Source: Strigamia acuminata
Lineage: Eukaryota
Assembly (NCBI GenBank): GCA_949358305.1
Contig: OX442314.1
Coordinates: 18,786,001 to 18,850,000 of the forward strand
Direction: 5' to 3'
Length of the DNA stretch: 64,000 nucleotides
Positions 40,353 through 53,600 of the stretch are shown here, piece by piece. The position numbers and the translations under genes are program-made. Positions within the stretch are counted from its first letter, which is position 1; each line of letters starts with the position of its first letter. The notes under the pieces were generated by a model. The model was given only the letters and a program-made list of their open reading frames with translations. It ran no database searches and had not been told where the DNA came from.

Positions 40353-43300
40353 ATGGCAGAACGAGGGAAAAAGATGAATTTTAAAGGCAAATCAAACAAA
40401 TTAGCAAGTACGATTTTAAGCTCCCACGTAATAAATGAGATACTCACTGACCAAATTGTTACAGGATCAACTCACGATAAAAGTACCGACGGCCGCGCCA
40501 CGAAACATCCACCCGGTTTAAAAGGAAAAGAAATTGGCTTGTGGTATGCCAAGAGAAGCCGAAATAAAAAACCAGTAGAAAAACCAGTGAGAACCTTCGA
40601 AAGGCTAATGACGTATTGCCGTACTAACATTTTCCTTTTTTCTAACGTGCAGATTCAAAGAAATGTGGTTGGAATGTCTAACGAAATGGAATGGAAATTA
40701 TCAGCGATGTTGGAGAATATAAAACGCGACTCTTTTTCAAATCAAGATAACGGTTCGATTCAAAGTACTTCAAAATCCGGTGGAGGGTCATCTAAATCAG
40801 GTATTTTAATATAAAAAAAAAAAAAAATTAGCATTTTTATAATAAGTCAAACCATCCAGATTCAAATGAAACTTTTCCTCCATCTTCATCGACGTTCGAG
40901 ACCCGGTATTTACAGCACATGCGAATGTCGGATACCAGCACCGAGAGTTCTTCATTTCACAGCACGCTGCGGGTTCCTACATGCCGCGAACTCAAACAAG
41001 ATTCTGAATTGGATGAAAAATTATTTGAAGAGTTTGAACGAAAGAAAGAATCAAAACTGTACAACGGAATGCAAGAATTTCGACAAAAGTTACCATCGGA
41101 AAAGAGTAGAGATGTAATTTAATTTTTGATATTGATTTGCAAAGTTTGCAACAAGAAATTAATCTATTTAAAGGAAATTATAAAAACTATTGAATCGAAC
41201 CCGGTTGTTGTTATAAGTGGTGAAACCGGATGCGGGAAAACGACTCAAGTACCACAATTTATCTTGGATCATTACATTACTAGTAAAAAAGGTTCTGTGT
41301 GCTCTGTAATATGTTCGCAACCACGAAGAATAAGTGCTATCACGGTAAACCTTTCGCAATTTGACTAAATTGATTAGTTAATTGTTTTTTTTCTTCTTCA
41401 AATTAGGTTGCTGAAAGAGTTGCTCAAGAAAGAGCTGAAAATTGCGGAGATTTAAGCGTAGGGTATCAAATCAGATTGGAAAAGTAATGAGCGCTAATGT
41501 TTGTGCGATCGAACTGTAATTGTACACAATTGTTTTGTAATTTTAGGAGAATTCCTCGCACACAAGGTTCAATCTTATTTTGCACTACTGGAATCATCCT
41601 TAAATGGCTGGAAGCGGATGAATTTTTAAATCGGGCATCTCACATTATAATTGATGAAGTCCATGAACGCGATCTGCTCACGGACTTTTTAATGACGATA
41701 ATCAAAAGGACTTTAACGATTCGACCAAATTTGCACGTTATTTTGATGAGTGCATCGTTGAATGCTGATCGATTTTCAAAATATTTTGGTTTGTTTCTAG
41801 TTTGGTTTTGTTTATGAAAAATTAATTAATAATTTGTACAATTTTTTTTAAAGATAAATGCCCCATTTTAAATATACCTGGATTTACTTATCCAGTGAAA
41901 CAAATATTTCTGGAAGATGCGTTGGAAATGATTAAGTAATTGGACGATCCAAAAATAATTATTTTTTAATATATATATTTATATTTTTTTTTAAGTTATC
42001 GCAAACTTCCTGATCACGCTAAAAAGAAAGTGAGTTGGAAGAATAAAAAGGCAGATCTGGAGCAAAAGCAAAACATGGATGTGTTTTTGAGAAATTTATC
42101 ACCGGAGTAAATGGATACGAGAAATATTGACATTTTAGTGTTTAATTCAAATTTTATTGTAGGAAATATTCACGACATGTAATAGAGTATCTGCATCATT
42201 ATGATGAGTCGCAAATAGATTTGAATGTTGTTGCTCATTTACTACAATACTTGTGCACTCACAAAGAAGTAAGTCTCGATTTGCATAACTAAGAAATAAA
42301 AATAAATTAATTTAAATATTATTTACAGGAAGGAGCTATTTTAGTATTTCTACCCGGATGGGATTCAATTAGCAGATTGAACAATATTATAATGACTCTG
42401 TCCTACTTTCGATCGAGTAAATCCAGTGAAAATAAATTTTTGTTCATACTAAATAATAATAATACTAATGTAATTTTTTTTAGACGCTAGCAAGCATTTA
42501 ATAATACCCCTTCATTCTCTGATGCCAACTATCAATCAGCGAGATGTTTTCAATCGACCACCTTCGGGTGTTAGAAAAATAATTTTAGCTACAAATATAG
42601 CCGAAACGAGGTTTATTTGTGAAAAAATTTGTCACTTTTTTGTTTATTTCAATTGTTTTACTTAAAAAATGTAGTATTACGATTGATGACGTCGTGTATG
42701 TTGTTGATTGTGGTAAAATCAAGTTGAAAAGGTTCGATGTTGAGCACAACGTGGCAACATTGCAACCAGAATGGGTTAGTCAAGCAAATGCAAAACAAAG
42801 GCGTGGTAGAGCGGGCAGGTACTTTTATATTAATTTTATTAATTATATTAATTTTATACTTGTAATATCACAACATTTAGAGTACAACCCGGTGTGTGTT
42901 TCCACTTGTATACGAGCATGCGGCACGATTTACTAGAAACTTATCAACTTCCAGAAATATTAAGAACTCGATTAGAAGAATTGTGTCTACAAGTTAAAGT
43001 AAAGTTTTAAATGATAAAATGTAATCGCAAAACTTTATTTAAATCTGATTTTTTTTTCCAGTTACTTAAATTAGGTGAAATCGTTCCATTTCTTCAAGAG
43101 GCTATGGATCCACCGAGTATTGACGCTGTTAAATTATCTTTAAACTTTTTACAAGATCTGGTAATTAATATTTTTTATTTTATTTTTTTTATGGTTTAAT
43201 TTAATTTTTTTTAATTATTTGTTAGAACGCATTGGACAATGATGAAAATCTCACACCACTGGGCTTTCACTTAGCTCATTTACCCGTCGATCCTCAAACG

Positions 43301-44574
43301 GGAAAAATGATTTTGTTCGGTGCTATTTTCAGTTGTTTGGATCCAATTACAACCATAGCTGCGAGCTTGAGTTTTAAAGATGCTTTTGTAATTCCACTGG
43401 GAAAAGAACAAGATGCCGACGAACAAAGAAAGAAATTAGCGCAGAATACTAACAGTGATCACTTGATGCTAGTCAATGCATTCAGGGGGTGGGAAACATC
43501 AAAAACGCAACGAAATGAACGAAAATACTGTTGGGATAATTTTCTTTCGGTTAACACCCTACATGTGCGTGGTGGATAGAAAGAATTCACCGAACGATTT
43601 AAATATATGTATTTGTTATTTAGATGTTGTCGAATATGAAGAAGCAATTTTTAATATACCTGAAGGATTTGCATTTGGTCAACACCACAGATGTGAAGCA
43701 TCGTGACTTAAATTTGAATTCCAGTAAGCAATTTTGAGAATATCGGTATTTCGATAATTTTCGCAAAACGTAAAAAATGTGATTTTAATTGCCGTTATAT
43801 TTTAGAGAATGAAAGACTCTTACGAGCGATAATCTGCGCTGGACTTTATCCGAACGTCGCGTGCATTAAAACACCGAAAAGAAAACCAAAGGCGAATGGC
43901 TCGAGACGTCACGAGACCGTTAAAGTTACGACAAAACACGAAAAAACTGCATATTTACATCCAAAATCAGTTAATGATTCCGAAGTTTATTTCGAAAGTC
44001 CTTGGATTGTGTACCATCAACGGATGAAGAGTACTTGTGTACGTTATATTTATTAGTTTGGAATTATTTGTCAAATTTTGCATCGAAATTTTAGGTTTAC
44101 ATTCATGATTCCTCGATGGTTTCACCATACCCTCTACTCTTGTTTGGAGGTAAATTAAAATGCGGTGCGATTGATCGAAAATACGGAGTTACTATTGACG
44201 GCTGGATTAAATTCTGGTGTCCACAGGAACGGGCAGATTTGATTTTGGTAGGAAAATCGATCAAAGTGTTTTTAATTTGTTCTAACAAGTAAGAAATTTA
44301 TTTTCAGCGCTTAAGAACGGAACTGGATAAGTTATTGGAACACAAAATTCTTCATCCAGCACCGACAATATGGGACTTGAACAGTAAGGAAGGAAATCTT
44401 TTGCACGCTATCATTGACCTAATTAATGGCGAGGAAATACTAATGATGGCTGGTGATCAATTGAAGTCGGATCATTCGCAAGACGATGCACGTGCTAGTT
44501 TTCAACATGATCTTGTTGAATTTTTTGACAATGTGGATGAGGATGAGGATGAGTCTGATGATGATGTACTTTAA
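40353..44574 (+). CDS. DHX36: DEAH-box G-quadruplex helicase DHX36 (RHAU)
   Basis: DHX36-specific motif [74 protein letters not shown]2 and OB regions. Confidence 0.95.
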
Positions 44575-45010
44575 TGTTTTATTAAGACTAACGTGTTTCT
44601 TATAAAACTCTTTAGGAATTAAATTTATTTAAATTAAGAATAATCATTTGTTTTGTTATTTTATATATTTTTCACTAAAATTGAACACTAAATAAAATAG
44701 AAAAAACACAATTCTAATCACCAATAACACAATTGCATACGTTTTTGCTGTCAAGAAGTTATTATTATCGTCACATGACTTGACAAATCGGGCGCATTGA
44801 GTATGATAATCCAATGGACAAAATTCAAAACGAATTGTTGAATTAAAATTTTACACATATCTTACATCGCGTCTAGCAGAGAAGTGAAGGAAAGCTTTTC
44901 TGCAATACAATATTTTCTGCATAAAACCTGCCTATGACCAAACTCTTAATTGCCTTTAATAATTCATTTTTCCAGCCAACTGTTCGCTTAGCTGAGGCGG
45001 GTCAAGGCCT

Positions 45011-46049
45011 ATGGTGAGTAGTCATGGCAACCTGTTGGCTGCTGCAATTTTCTACGCTGCTCGGTTTGTTTCGTGTATTTTATTACAGATAGGTAATAAT
45101 ATTGAGATGTCGCAACTAATTTAAACTATTTTAATTAATTTCAGTTTGCTTGCGTCTATTTACGTTATGTGAAACATCGAATGAGTGTTTAAAACGTAAA
45201 AATCTAGATTTGGTGCCAATTATTCTGGGTTATGGAACTTGCTTAAAGTTTGCAATGAATTTAACGCATCTAGATTTGACCGAAGTGAATATGACGAGCA
45301 AAGATTTAACAGCGGCTGACAATGACATATGCAAGTCAGTTGATATTTTAATTCTAAAAAATAAATAATTAAAATAAATAAATCTCTGGATTTATTTTAG
45401 GGATAATTTCATGGTACCGTGCTTTTTGTCTTATGAAATTGCCATCAAAAGTTGTTTAAGCCACTACTCGGAACAACACGTAAATACTATAATGAGATCT
45501 TCAACCGCTGCCTTGAAGTACGTGTGTCAAGACAACGGACAATATGTAAAAGGTGTTAATTAGCTAATAATTAAAAAAATTTACATTTAAAGATAAATTA
45601 AGAAAATAACAAATTAAGAAAATAATTTATTTTCTTTTTAGATTCTATAAATGACTGCCATTGTTTTAGCGAATCAAAAGTTGCACTTCGTGAGTGCAGT
45701 GTGTCGAGAACTTTGCAATGGCGTTGGTTTACACTGTCATATCTTGGTGAAGATTGCCGGTAATCCTAAATGCAAATGTTTACTTTTTTGTGGAGTTTAA
45801 CTAACATTTTTTTTTTTTTAATTTGTAAGCAAAAGAGCCAAATTGATAATTTGTATGTTAGGCGCATTAGATAAGTGTCAAGACAAAACGGCTAAATCAT
45901 TCTTTTTAGGAGTGGTGCGAGCTATGCTTTCCGAAACATCATGCGCTGACATAATATCTGACGAATTTCCTTACTTGTCGTCCTCATTTCTTATTTTTCC
46001 GGCTCAAATACTCGTCTTTTTATCTGTAATCTTGTTAAGCCTTGTCTAA
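45011..46049 (+). CDS. Cysteine-rich secreted or GPI-anchored protein, 27-kDa haemolymph protein (DUF1397)-like
   Basis: Five-exon model with a hydrophobic N-terminus. LKYVCQDNG and CMLGALDKCQDKTAK..ETSC resemble DUF1397. The hydrophobic C-terminal tail ends at the stop. Start codon uncertain. Confidence 0.6.
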
Positions 46050-46535
46050 TCGAAATAAATTTGTATTATTCTATATTAAATGTAGTTTGTTTGAGCAATA
46101 AAAATTGCTGTTGTGAATGTGATATATTTTTTGCTTCCTGCCACACCAACAGTACCGTAAGTAGTCTGATAAGTTATTCACGGACAATACGAATGACTTG
46201 CGGTGAAGCACGAGGGGGTCATTTTTTCAAAAAGAACATTTTTGGATATTTTATATTGGAAAATGGAAAATTTTGGACGGTGTGCTTTGAGAAATTATTT
46301 TTAGAAGAAAGTTTTACAAAAAGAAAAAAATTGAAGGCAATAAACATGCGGTTTCCAGCAAAAATAAATTGCAGCGACATCTAATGCTGAAATTATAACG
46401 GTTCGTTTGCGTGCTATCGAATTTTTGTTTATACATTTAACAATAACAAAACACACAGATCCAAGTGTGCACGCTTAACGAGCACAGCGCAACAACCACG
46501 AACAACAAATTAATTAATTTCACAGTTATTTCATC

Positions 46536-48243
46536 ATGCTGACACTGAATGTTGACCGAGCTCGGATTATTTCGTGTATGGCATTATACATTTTATCATT
46601 GCAATTTCTACACTCGAATTCTCGTTTTTCCACACATTGGAAACTCGATGAGCATCAGACTAAAATAGTGAAAGCATTTGATGAACCCAACTCGAATAGT
46701 GATTCAACCGACTATGTTTTTCAAATTTTAAATTCAGCAATTTACTACGATGATTACTGGGTTGTCGAAAAAACAAACACAAACGAAACTAACAAAAATG
46801 ATTTCTCAGTGAGGTGAGTGGCTGCATTAACTTTATTAGAATACAAAATGTATTTGGATTATGCACTTTCAAATTTAATAATTTCATACGAAAAGAAACA
46901 ACAAACAAACATAACACTGGTTACCTCGGATACGACGCCAAACACGAAAATATTGATTCACTGATTACTTGATAAGAATAAGATATTGTCAGTCAAATTT
47001 AACCTTGGCAACCGACGTGGCATTACTTACTGATCTTCGTATAAATATAGGGACACAGAAAAACAAACAAACACCCACCTGTAACATGTTTATAAATGAT
47101 TTAAAAAATTGAAAAGTTAAAATTTCACAACACTGAACTTAAATGGAAGCTTTCCTGCACCTCATTTATAAATAAGGATAAAATAACAACCCAATGTCAA
47201 TTTCGATTAAAAACATAAAATTATTTTCAATTAGAATGAGAAGAACATCGACACATTAGTCGATATTTGATGACATTTAACAAAAACTACTAAACGTAAT
47301 AAAAAAAAATGAATAAGTTAATTATATCAACGTTTTTTTTTGTTTGCTATTAACCCACCAAAAATAATATAAATTTAATTATTTGCATGTGCAGTAATGA
47401 GGTAAACGATGATTCTACCCATCTCGATTTGAGCCAACCCTTAAGCTGCGGACCAGATGTTAATTTCACAACCTATGATCATCTGACAGCGATGAATGTA
47501 CGACACAGTGTTAAGAATATTGTAGAACATGAGTTGACATTCAAATCAATTGATGAGGAAGAACTGATAGCATTAGAAATTCAACTCAAACTGGATATTA
47601 AAGATGTAAAGGAAATAATTATCATTAATTATTTTTTTTTTAAAAAACCGACAATAATATCCGTCGTTTTAATTAATTTCAGAAACCACACGAAGCTTCT
47701 GTTTACAACGCAGCAGGAAGTTTTTTCCTCGCATTCGGGGATAGCCAAAAAGGAATAAATTGTTTTCGGAAAGCGTTGACGATTAATTCGGACAATCCAG
47801 ATTCCCTATTAAATTTAGCGCGGATATTTTACACCCTAAATTACTTAGATGATGCATTGTACTTAGCACAACGTTCACTCGATGTTCAATTGACAACTGG
47901 AAACAGTGCGTGGTTCCACTATTTCAGTGTCGGCGAAATATTGAAAGCGAAAGGCGATTTCCACCGCGCCAACATGAATTTCCGTATTTCAGTGAAACTC
48001 AATCCTCACTTTGAACCTGCGGTTGCTCATTTAAGTAAAATCGAGCTGATAACAGATGCAAACATACACTTTTACGTCTCAATTTTTATTGTTTGTTTTG
48101 TCGTTATGATTGCTAATTTCATCTACCCGTACGAAGAGAAAGAACCTGTAGAGACGAAACGAGAGAAAAACAACCATTCGTTACCATGGCAAACGACAGC
48201 AGCAATGGGTATGGCGGGTAGATGCAGATCATACAAAAAATAA
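46536..48243 (+). CDS. Signal peptide + TPR repeats + C-terminal TM protein, TTC17-related
   Basis: Signal peptide then STHWKL, TYDHL, TPR block YNAAGSFF..GINCFRKAL..LLNLARIF..SVGEIL..NPHF, and TM FYVSIFIVCFVVMIANFI. Confidence 0.65.
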
Positions 48244-48659
48244 GTCAAATTACGTGTAAATTTTGCTTTAAACACATTTTATTACTATATTATTACGTGC
48301 CAGTTTTTCTATACAATATTACTATTTTTCTACACTATGTTTCTTATTATGACTTTAATTAAAAATAAATTACCAAGTTATTTAGGTAATATTTCCCACA
48401 GTTTCTTAATAACCAACATAATATTTACAGCATACACATTCACGATTCAAAACAAAATAATAAACAACAAATATAACTGCTCAAAATAATTTTCTTTTCA
48501 TTAGAAAAAAAAATTATTTAAATTCAACGTTTGTTCTAATAAACTTCATTGAAAACTTAAATAAATACTACAGTATTCTTAGATTTAAACAAATTAAATA
48601 TCGTAATTGATCATAAATTTTGATAAGCCAAAGCACATGAATACATCTTTGGAATTCCT

Positions 48660-50356
48660 TTAGAACTGCACCCAACTGTTTCCACTTGATTGCGAATTAC
48701 TAGAACAGAATTAAAATATTCTTTTTAAATATTCAACAAAAAAGAATTTAAAAAAATAATACCTAGCAGTACGTGATGAATCGGTATTAGCTGAACCGGC
48801 CGTGGCAAAATCATTCCATAAATCATTAGGTTTGTCTTGAACGGGTGGAGGAGCTGCTCCCGAAGAGCCTAAGTCTAGCAACATATCTGCACTGCTTGTC
48901 CCGGAAGCTTTTGATGCAGGAAGGTGCACATTACTATTTATAATAACAAACAAAAAAGAAAAAAAAAGTTAATAGCTGCACGGTATGTGTGAAATTTTGA
49001 ATCTACAACTTGGTCTGTATTGCTGATGCAGAGTCAACTGAAAAAGTATTTTTTGCAGACGGAGGTGGAATTTTAATACTGTTGCCCGCTGGTGGCGGCG
49101 GCAGTATCCCAAACCCACCACCACTAGGTGCTTTTGGTTTTGGCCGGCTGGTATTAGACTTTTGCTATTTAAAAGAAAACAAATTTAAGTAAAAACGAAA
49201 AAAATTGCGCGGTATAAAATATATAAATAAAAAAAAACAAAAAAAAAGCAAATGAAAAATAAATTCATCTAACCCCGATATTCATGTTAATTTTAATGGT
49301 CTGACCCTCTTTAAAACTAAGATCCAGACGGGGTTTAGTGTCATCTTTTTCCTCTTCTTGAATTTTCTCCGTTTTTTCCACCCATCTACATCGAAAACAA
49401 AACAAAAATGATATTAAAAAATAAAAAAAAAACACTAGGTGCATTCAAAAAGTCGTGTTTTAAATGTTTTAGGTGCTTGTGTTTTTATTTTTTTTATCTT
49501 TTAACACCACAAAACAAAAACACAAACTCCTAAAACACCTGAAACACAACTTTTTAAATGCACCTACTATAAAAAACTAGTAATTTAAATGAACAATACT
49601 TGAAATGATCCTGTAATGCTACATTTAAATCAAACGAGTCTCCACGATCCGCAAAACCAAATCCAATGAAAGCAGATCTCCCTGCAGAACACAAAGCTTG
49701 ATAATGTCAAAGGTTAGAAAAAATAAACCTGTTATATATACCGTCATCCTGTATTCTTAAAACGAAATATCGACTAGAATCCGCCACTGCTTCAATTGCA
49801 ATTCCTGGATATTTATCGACAGGACATAAAGCGAATAATTCACCTACAAAATAACCAAAAATATCACACATTTGCACGGACGAGGACAACTGGTTGCTTT
49901 ACCCGTTGTTTTGTCTTCTAACTTCATAACCACTTCATTGCCTTTGCAGACCAGTCTCATTCGCCCAGTCCAATCGGGGGTCTGCAAATTCCAATCAGCA
50001 GCTCTGAAATGCGATAGGCAAACACCATTAGATTAGGTTCCCAACACGAAAATAAACTTCCACTTGTTCGGAATTATTATTTTTACATTCAGCCTCTTTC
50101 ATTGCGATTAATAATAATAAACATATGGCAGAGATAAGAGATACGTCAGTTTGTTAATGCGAAATTATAATTCCTCGGATGGTTTGAGGATTAAGCGTGA
50201 ATTAACGGTAAGAACAGTCATCCAATTGATTGATTTAAAATCGGTATTTGTTAATTGACTTGGTGCTTACTTATAACCACGATTTGTAGTTCTTGGTGGA
50301 ATCCTGAAGACAAATACTTCGGGCTTTATAAGTAGTATATTTTCGTAGTCCTCCAT
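48660..50356 (-). CDS. NECAP: Adaptin ear-binding coat-associated protein (NECAP)
   Basis: [74 protein letters not shown] and terminal WVQF*. Confidence 0.96.
49433..49569. mobile_element. Short foldback MITE in a NECAP intron
   Basis: CACTAGGTGCATTCAAAAAGT...ACTTTTTAAATGCACCTACTA. Nearly the whole ~135 bp is an imperfect inverted repeat. Confidence 0.8.
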
Positions 50357-50644
50357 TTTGACAGGTGTGATGCGATGACGTCACATCGAACAGCTTCAAC
50401 ACTTGAATGATGTCAACGTATGAGAAAACTGTACAAATTTGTATATAGTTTGTTAGTTTTGATTTTAATTTATTAATTTGGTTTCTTGTTCGGAAAAAGT
50501 TTGTGATTTTTTAATTGAATTCGTGAATAAAGTACAGGATGCAAAAAAAAAGTATAGTTTTAACTTTTGGCACAAGATGGCGTAGAGGTTTTCTATTTAT
50601 ATTAGACATGTGCCTACACTATTAAGCGCTACTTTTCGTTTGAG

Positions 50645-53600
50645 ATGGCTGCTGTTGATTTCAGTCGTATGTACCGATCGTTTGACCAGAAACCAAAACC
50701 AGAACAATTAGAATTAGCAGGTAAATATGTCTTTTTGTTTGTGTACGTATTAGTATTAGTTTAACAGCATTTAATTCGTAAATTTCCCTCAAATCAATTG
50801 TACTTCCGGTCCTAGAAGTTTTTGTATTTAATATAACAATTCCTTGTCAAAAATATGCTGAGATAGACCAAAGACGATTGGTTTGCTACGAACTATGTAC
50901 AGATGTGCAGAGAAGAAAGTGATTTTTTATTCGATTCTTTGAACAATTTATAAAGCACTTCCGGTTTTCTTGTTAGTAAATTATTTAAATGGGTATACTG
51001 ACCCGAGTTGAAATGTTTACCCAAAATATTGACCTTGATCTTGAGGTGGAGCTGATTTTATTTACTCAACCTGGCACAGAAAAATAAAAGAAATAAAAAA
51101 GAAAAATTTAGTAAAAACGATGTTTGACCGCAGAAATCTCACTGATTATTGGCATCTCAATCAGTTTTATTTATTTTTTCTGATTTAGGACACCGAGATG
51201 TATATGAATGTGTATTTTTAACGATAGTTTACATTAGGCTCACGTTCTTAACATATTCCAAAGGAAAAAAAAATTGTTGAAAAGAATTTAATTATCTCCC
51301 GGATTTGTTTCATGGCCTAGTGATTAGCGAAAGTTCTGACGTAAAAGAAAATAGGTTAGGACCACATTGTGTGGGTTTACTGCCCCTAATTTTTTTTAAA
51401 AAAAAAATATGGGTGAGAGTAAAGTAGGGTATGGCATGAAGAAAAATTAGGTTAGTAGTACACTAGGAAAGAAGGGGAATTTTGTGGAAATTCTGCAAGT
51501 CAGTCATTAAATTCTTCAATTTTTATTCTTGGTTGTCAAATGGTGTGAAGTGAGAAAGAAAAAATTCTAATTATGTTACGATTGAGTTTACTTGAGAGCG
51601 AAGTAATGCAGGAAGAAAAACATTTTTCTTATTGGATCCTAAATAACTTCCTGGTACAGTTTGTTACTGAAATGTAAATTGTCTTCCTTGAATTTATTTT
51701 TCACTTATTTTTCGAGGAATTTTTAATTTTTTTGTGTTTTATATTGTTGACATTTAAAAATATGATTGTAATTTGAAGTGATTAATGGCTGTAAAAAAGG
51801 GTCAGAATCACAATTTGCATTTCTTACGGTTATTTAGGTAAAAAGTATTGGACAGGAAGACGGAACTTACAAGTTAGAAATTAAGGTTACGGCGCTATAA
51901 AAAAAAAAAAAAAAACTTGTTTTGGGAAATGATTTTGAACAATTCTGCTTAGAATTCATTTATTCTAGCTTTAATTTAAAATTTATTGGATTAAACGTTA
52001 TTGACTGGGTAACAACCAATTGTTAGTTTTTACGGTTTTATTGAACAATAGAGGTGAATGCTCGCATGTAGGAAATCAATCTTGTAAATTTTAATTTTTT
52101 TTATTTTTTTTTAAATTAATTATAAATTTTATTATTTTGCTTAGAGGGAGAAATTCCAAAATGGTTGTCTGGTGTTTTTCTTCGCATTGGTCCTGGGCGA
52201 TACGATTTCGGAAAAGATTTCACAGTTAATCATTGGTTTGATGGATTTGCCTTGATGCATAATTTTATTTTTTTAAATGGACAGGTACATTATTGTTGAA
52301 ACATTGTAATTTGCATCTTTAATGTCTATTTTTTTTCAGGTTTCTTACCGCAGTCGATATTTAAAAAGTGAATCGTACAAAAAGGTTCAAGAATTACATA
52401 AAACTATTTATACGGAGTTTGGAACAAAGGCTCATCCTGATTTATGTAAAAGTTCAATTTCCAGGTATTATATGAAATTAAGTCGACTTGCATTTAATTT
52501 AATTTAGAGTTGACTTTTTGAATTTTTGAATTAATCATAATCTCCAAATCTCCAAATTCAACTCCATGATTTTGTATTTTTGAAATTCCATGATTCTGTA
52601 AATGGTAACATGACCAATCGTAAAACATGTTATAGAAAAAAACCTTATTGACATTCATAGTATAGCTGCATTCAAAAAGTCCTGTTTTAAATTTTTGTGT
52701 TTTAGAATTGTTTTGAATTGTGTGTTTTGGTTGAGTTTTTGTTGTTTTGCAAGTGTTTTAAAGTTTGCTATTGTGGCATTTTCAAAATGGTTACTCACAT
52801 GGATACCCAAATGGAAGGAACTATCAGGAAAAGGCAAATTCTTGATAAGTTTCATGCCATAACTATTCAAATACTATGTACATACAACAAATTAAAAATT
52901 AATTTATAATTTTAATCAAATTAAATTAATTATAATTGAATTATAATTATAATTTTAAATTAGAAAAAAAATCCATAAATTCAATTAAAAAATCAAAGAA
53001 ATTGAAACCTCATTCATGCTCATTCACTTTACATCAATCTTTACATCAATCTTCACATCAATCTAGGTGATTTTGTTTAAAAAATAAGTGGCATCTAATG
53101 TTGATTTTAAATTTTCATGCAGAAAGTATTATTCTGCTTAAAAAGTCACATCAATTGTTATTATATGTAATAAATTAAATAATACAGACCTGCCACAAAA
53201 ACTAGCGGAAGTGACATCATGAAATAAAAAGACAAACACCTAAAACACTTAAAACAAGACTTTTGGAATGCAAACAAAAAATTTAAACTACTTGTAGGCA
53301 TTAACAACAATTTTATAAACCTTACAAGTTATTACGTATATTATTATTATAGATAAATACAGAAATAATTTAGGACATCAAGAATTATTTGAGATAAGCA
53401 CTTTCTCCCCAGTCCCTACTTTAAACTTTTGTCAAACACGATCCAAATTCTCAATTTGTCAAAATGAATTTCTATTTTATCAAATTTTGGATGTGTATTT
53501 AAGAAACCAATAACTCTTCAGCGATTTTCTCTCATGTGGGACTCGTCGCTTTGACCAGGGTCCGGACTAACAGGCTATCCGGATGGGGGAGCAAATTGTC

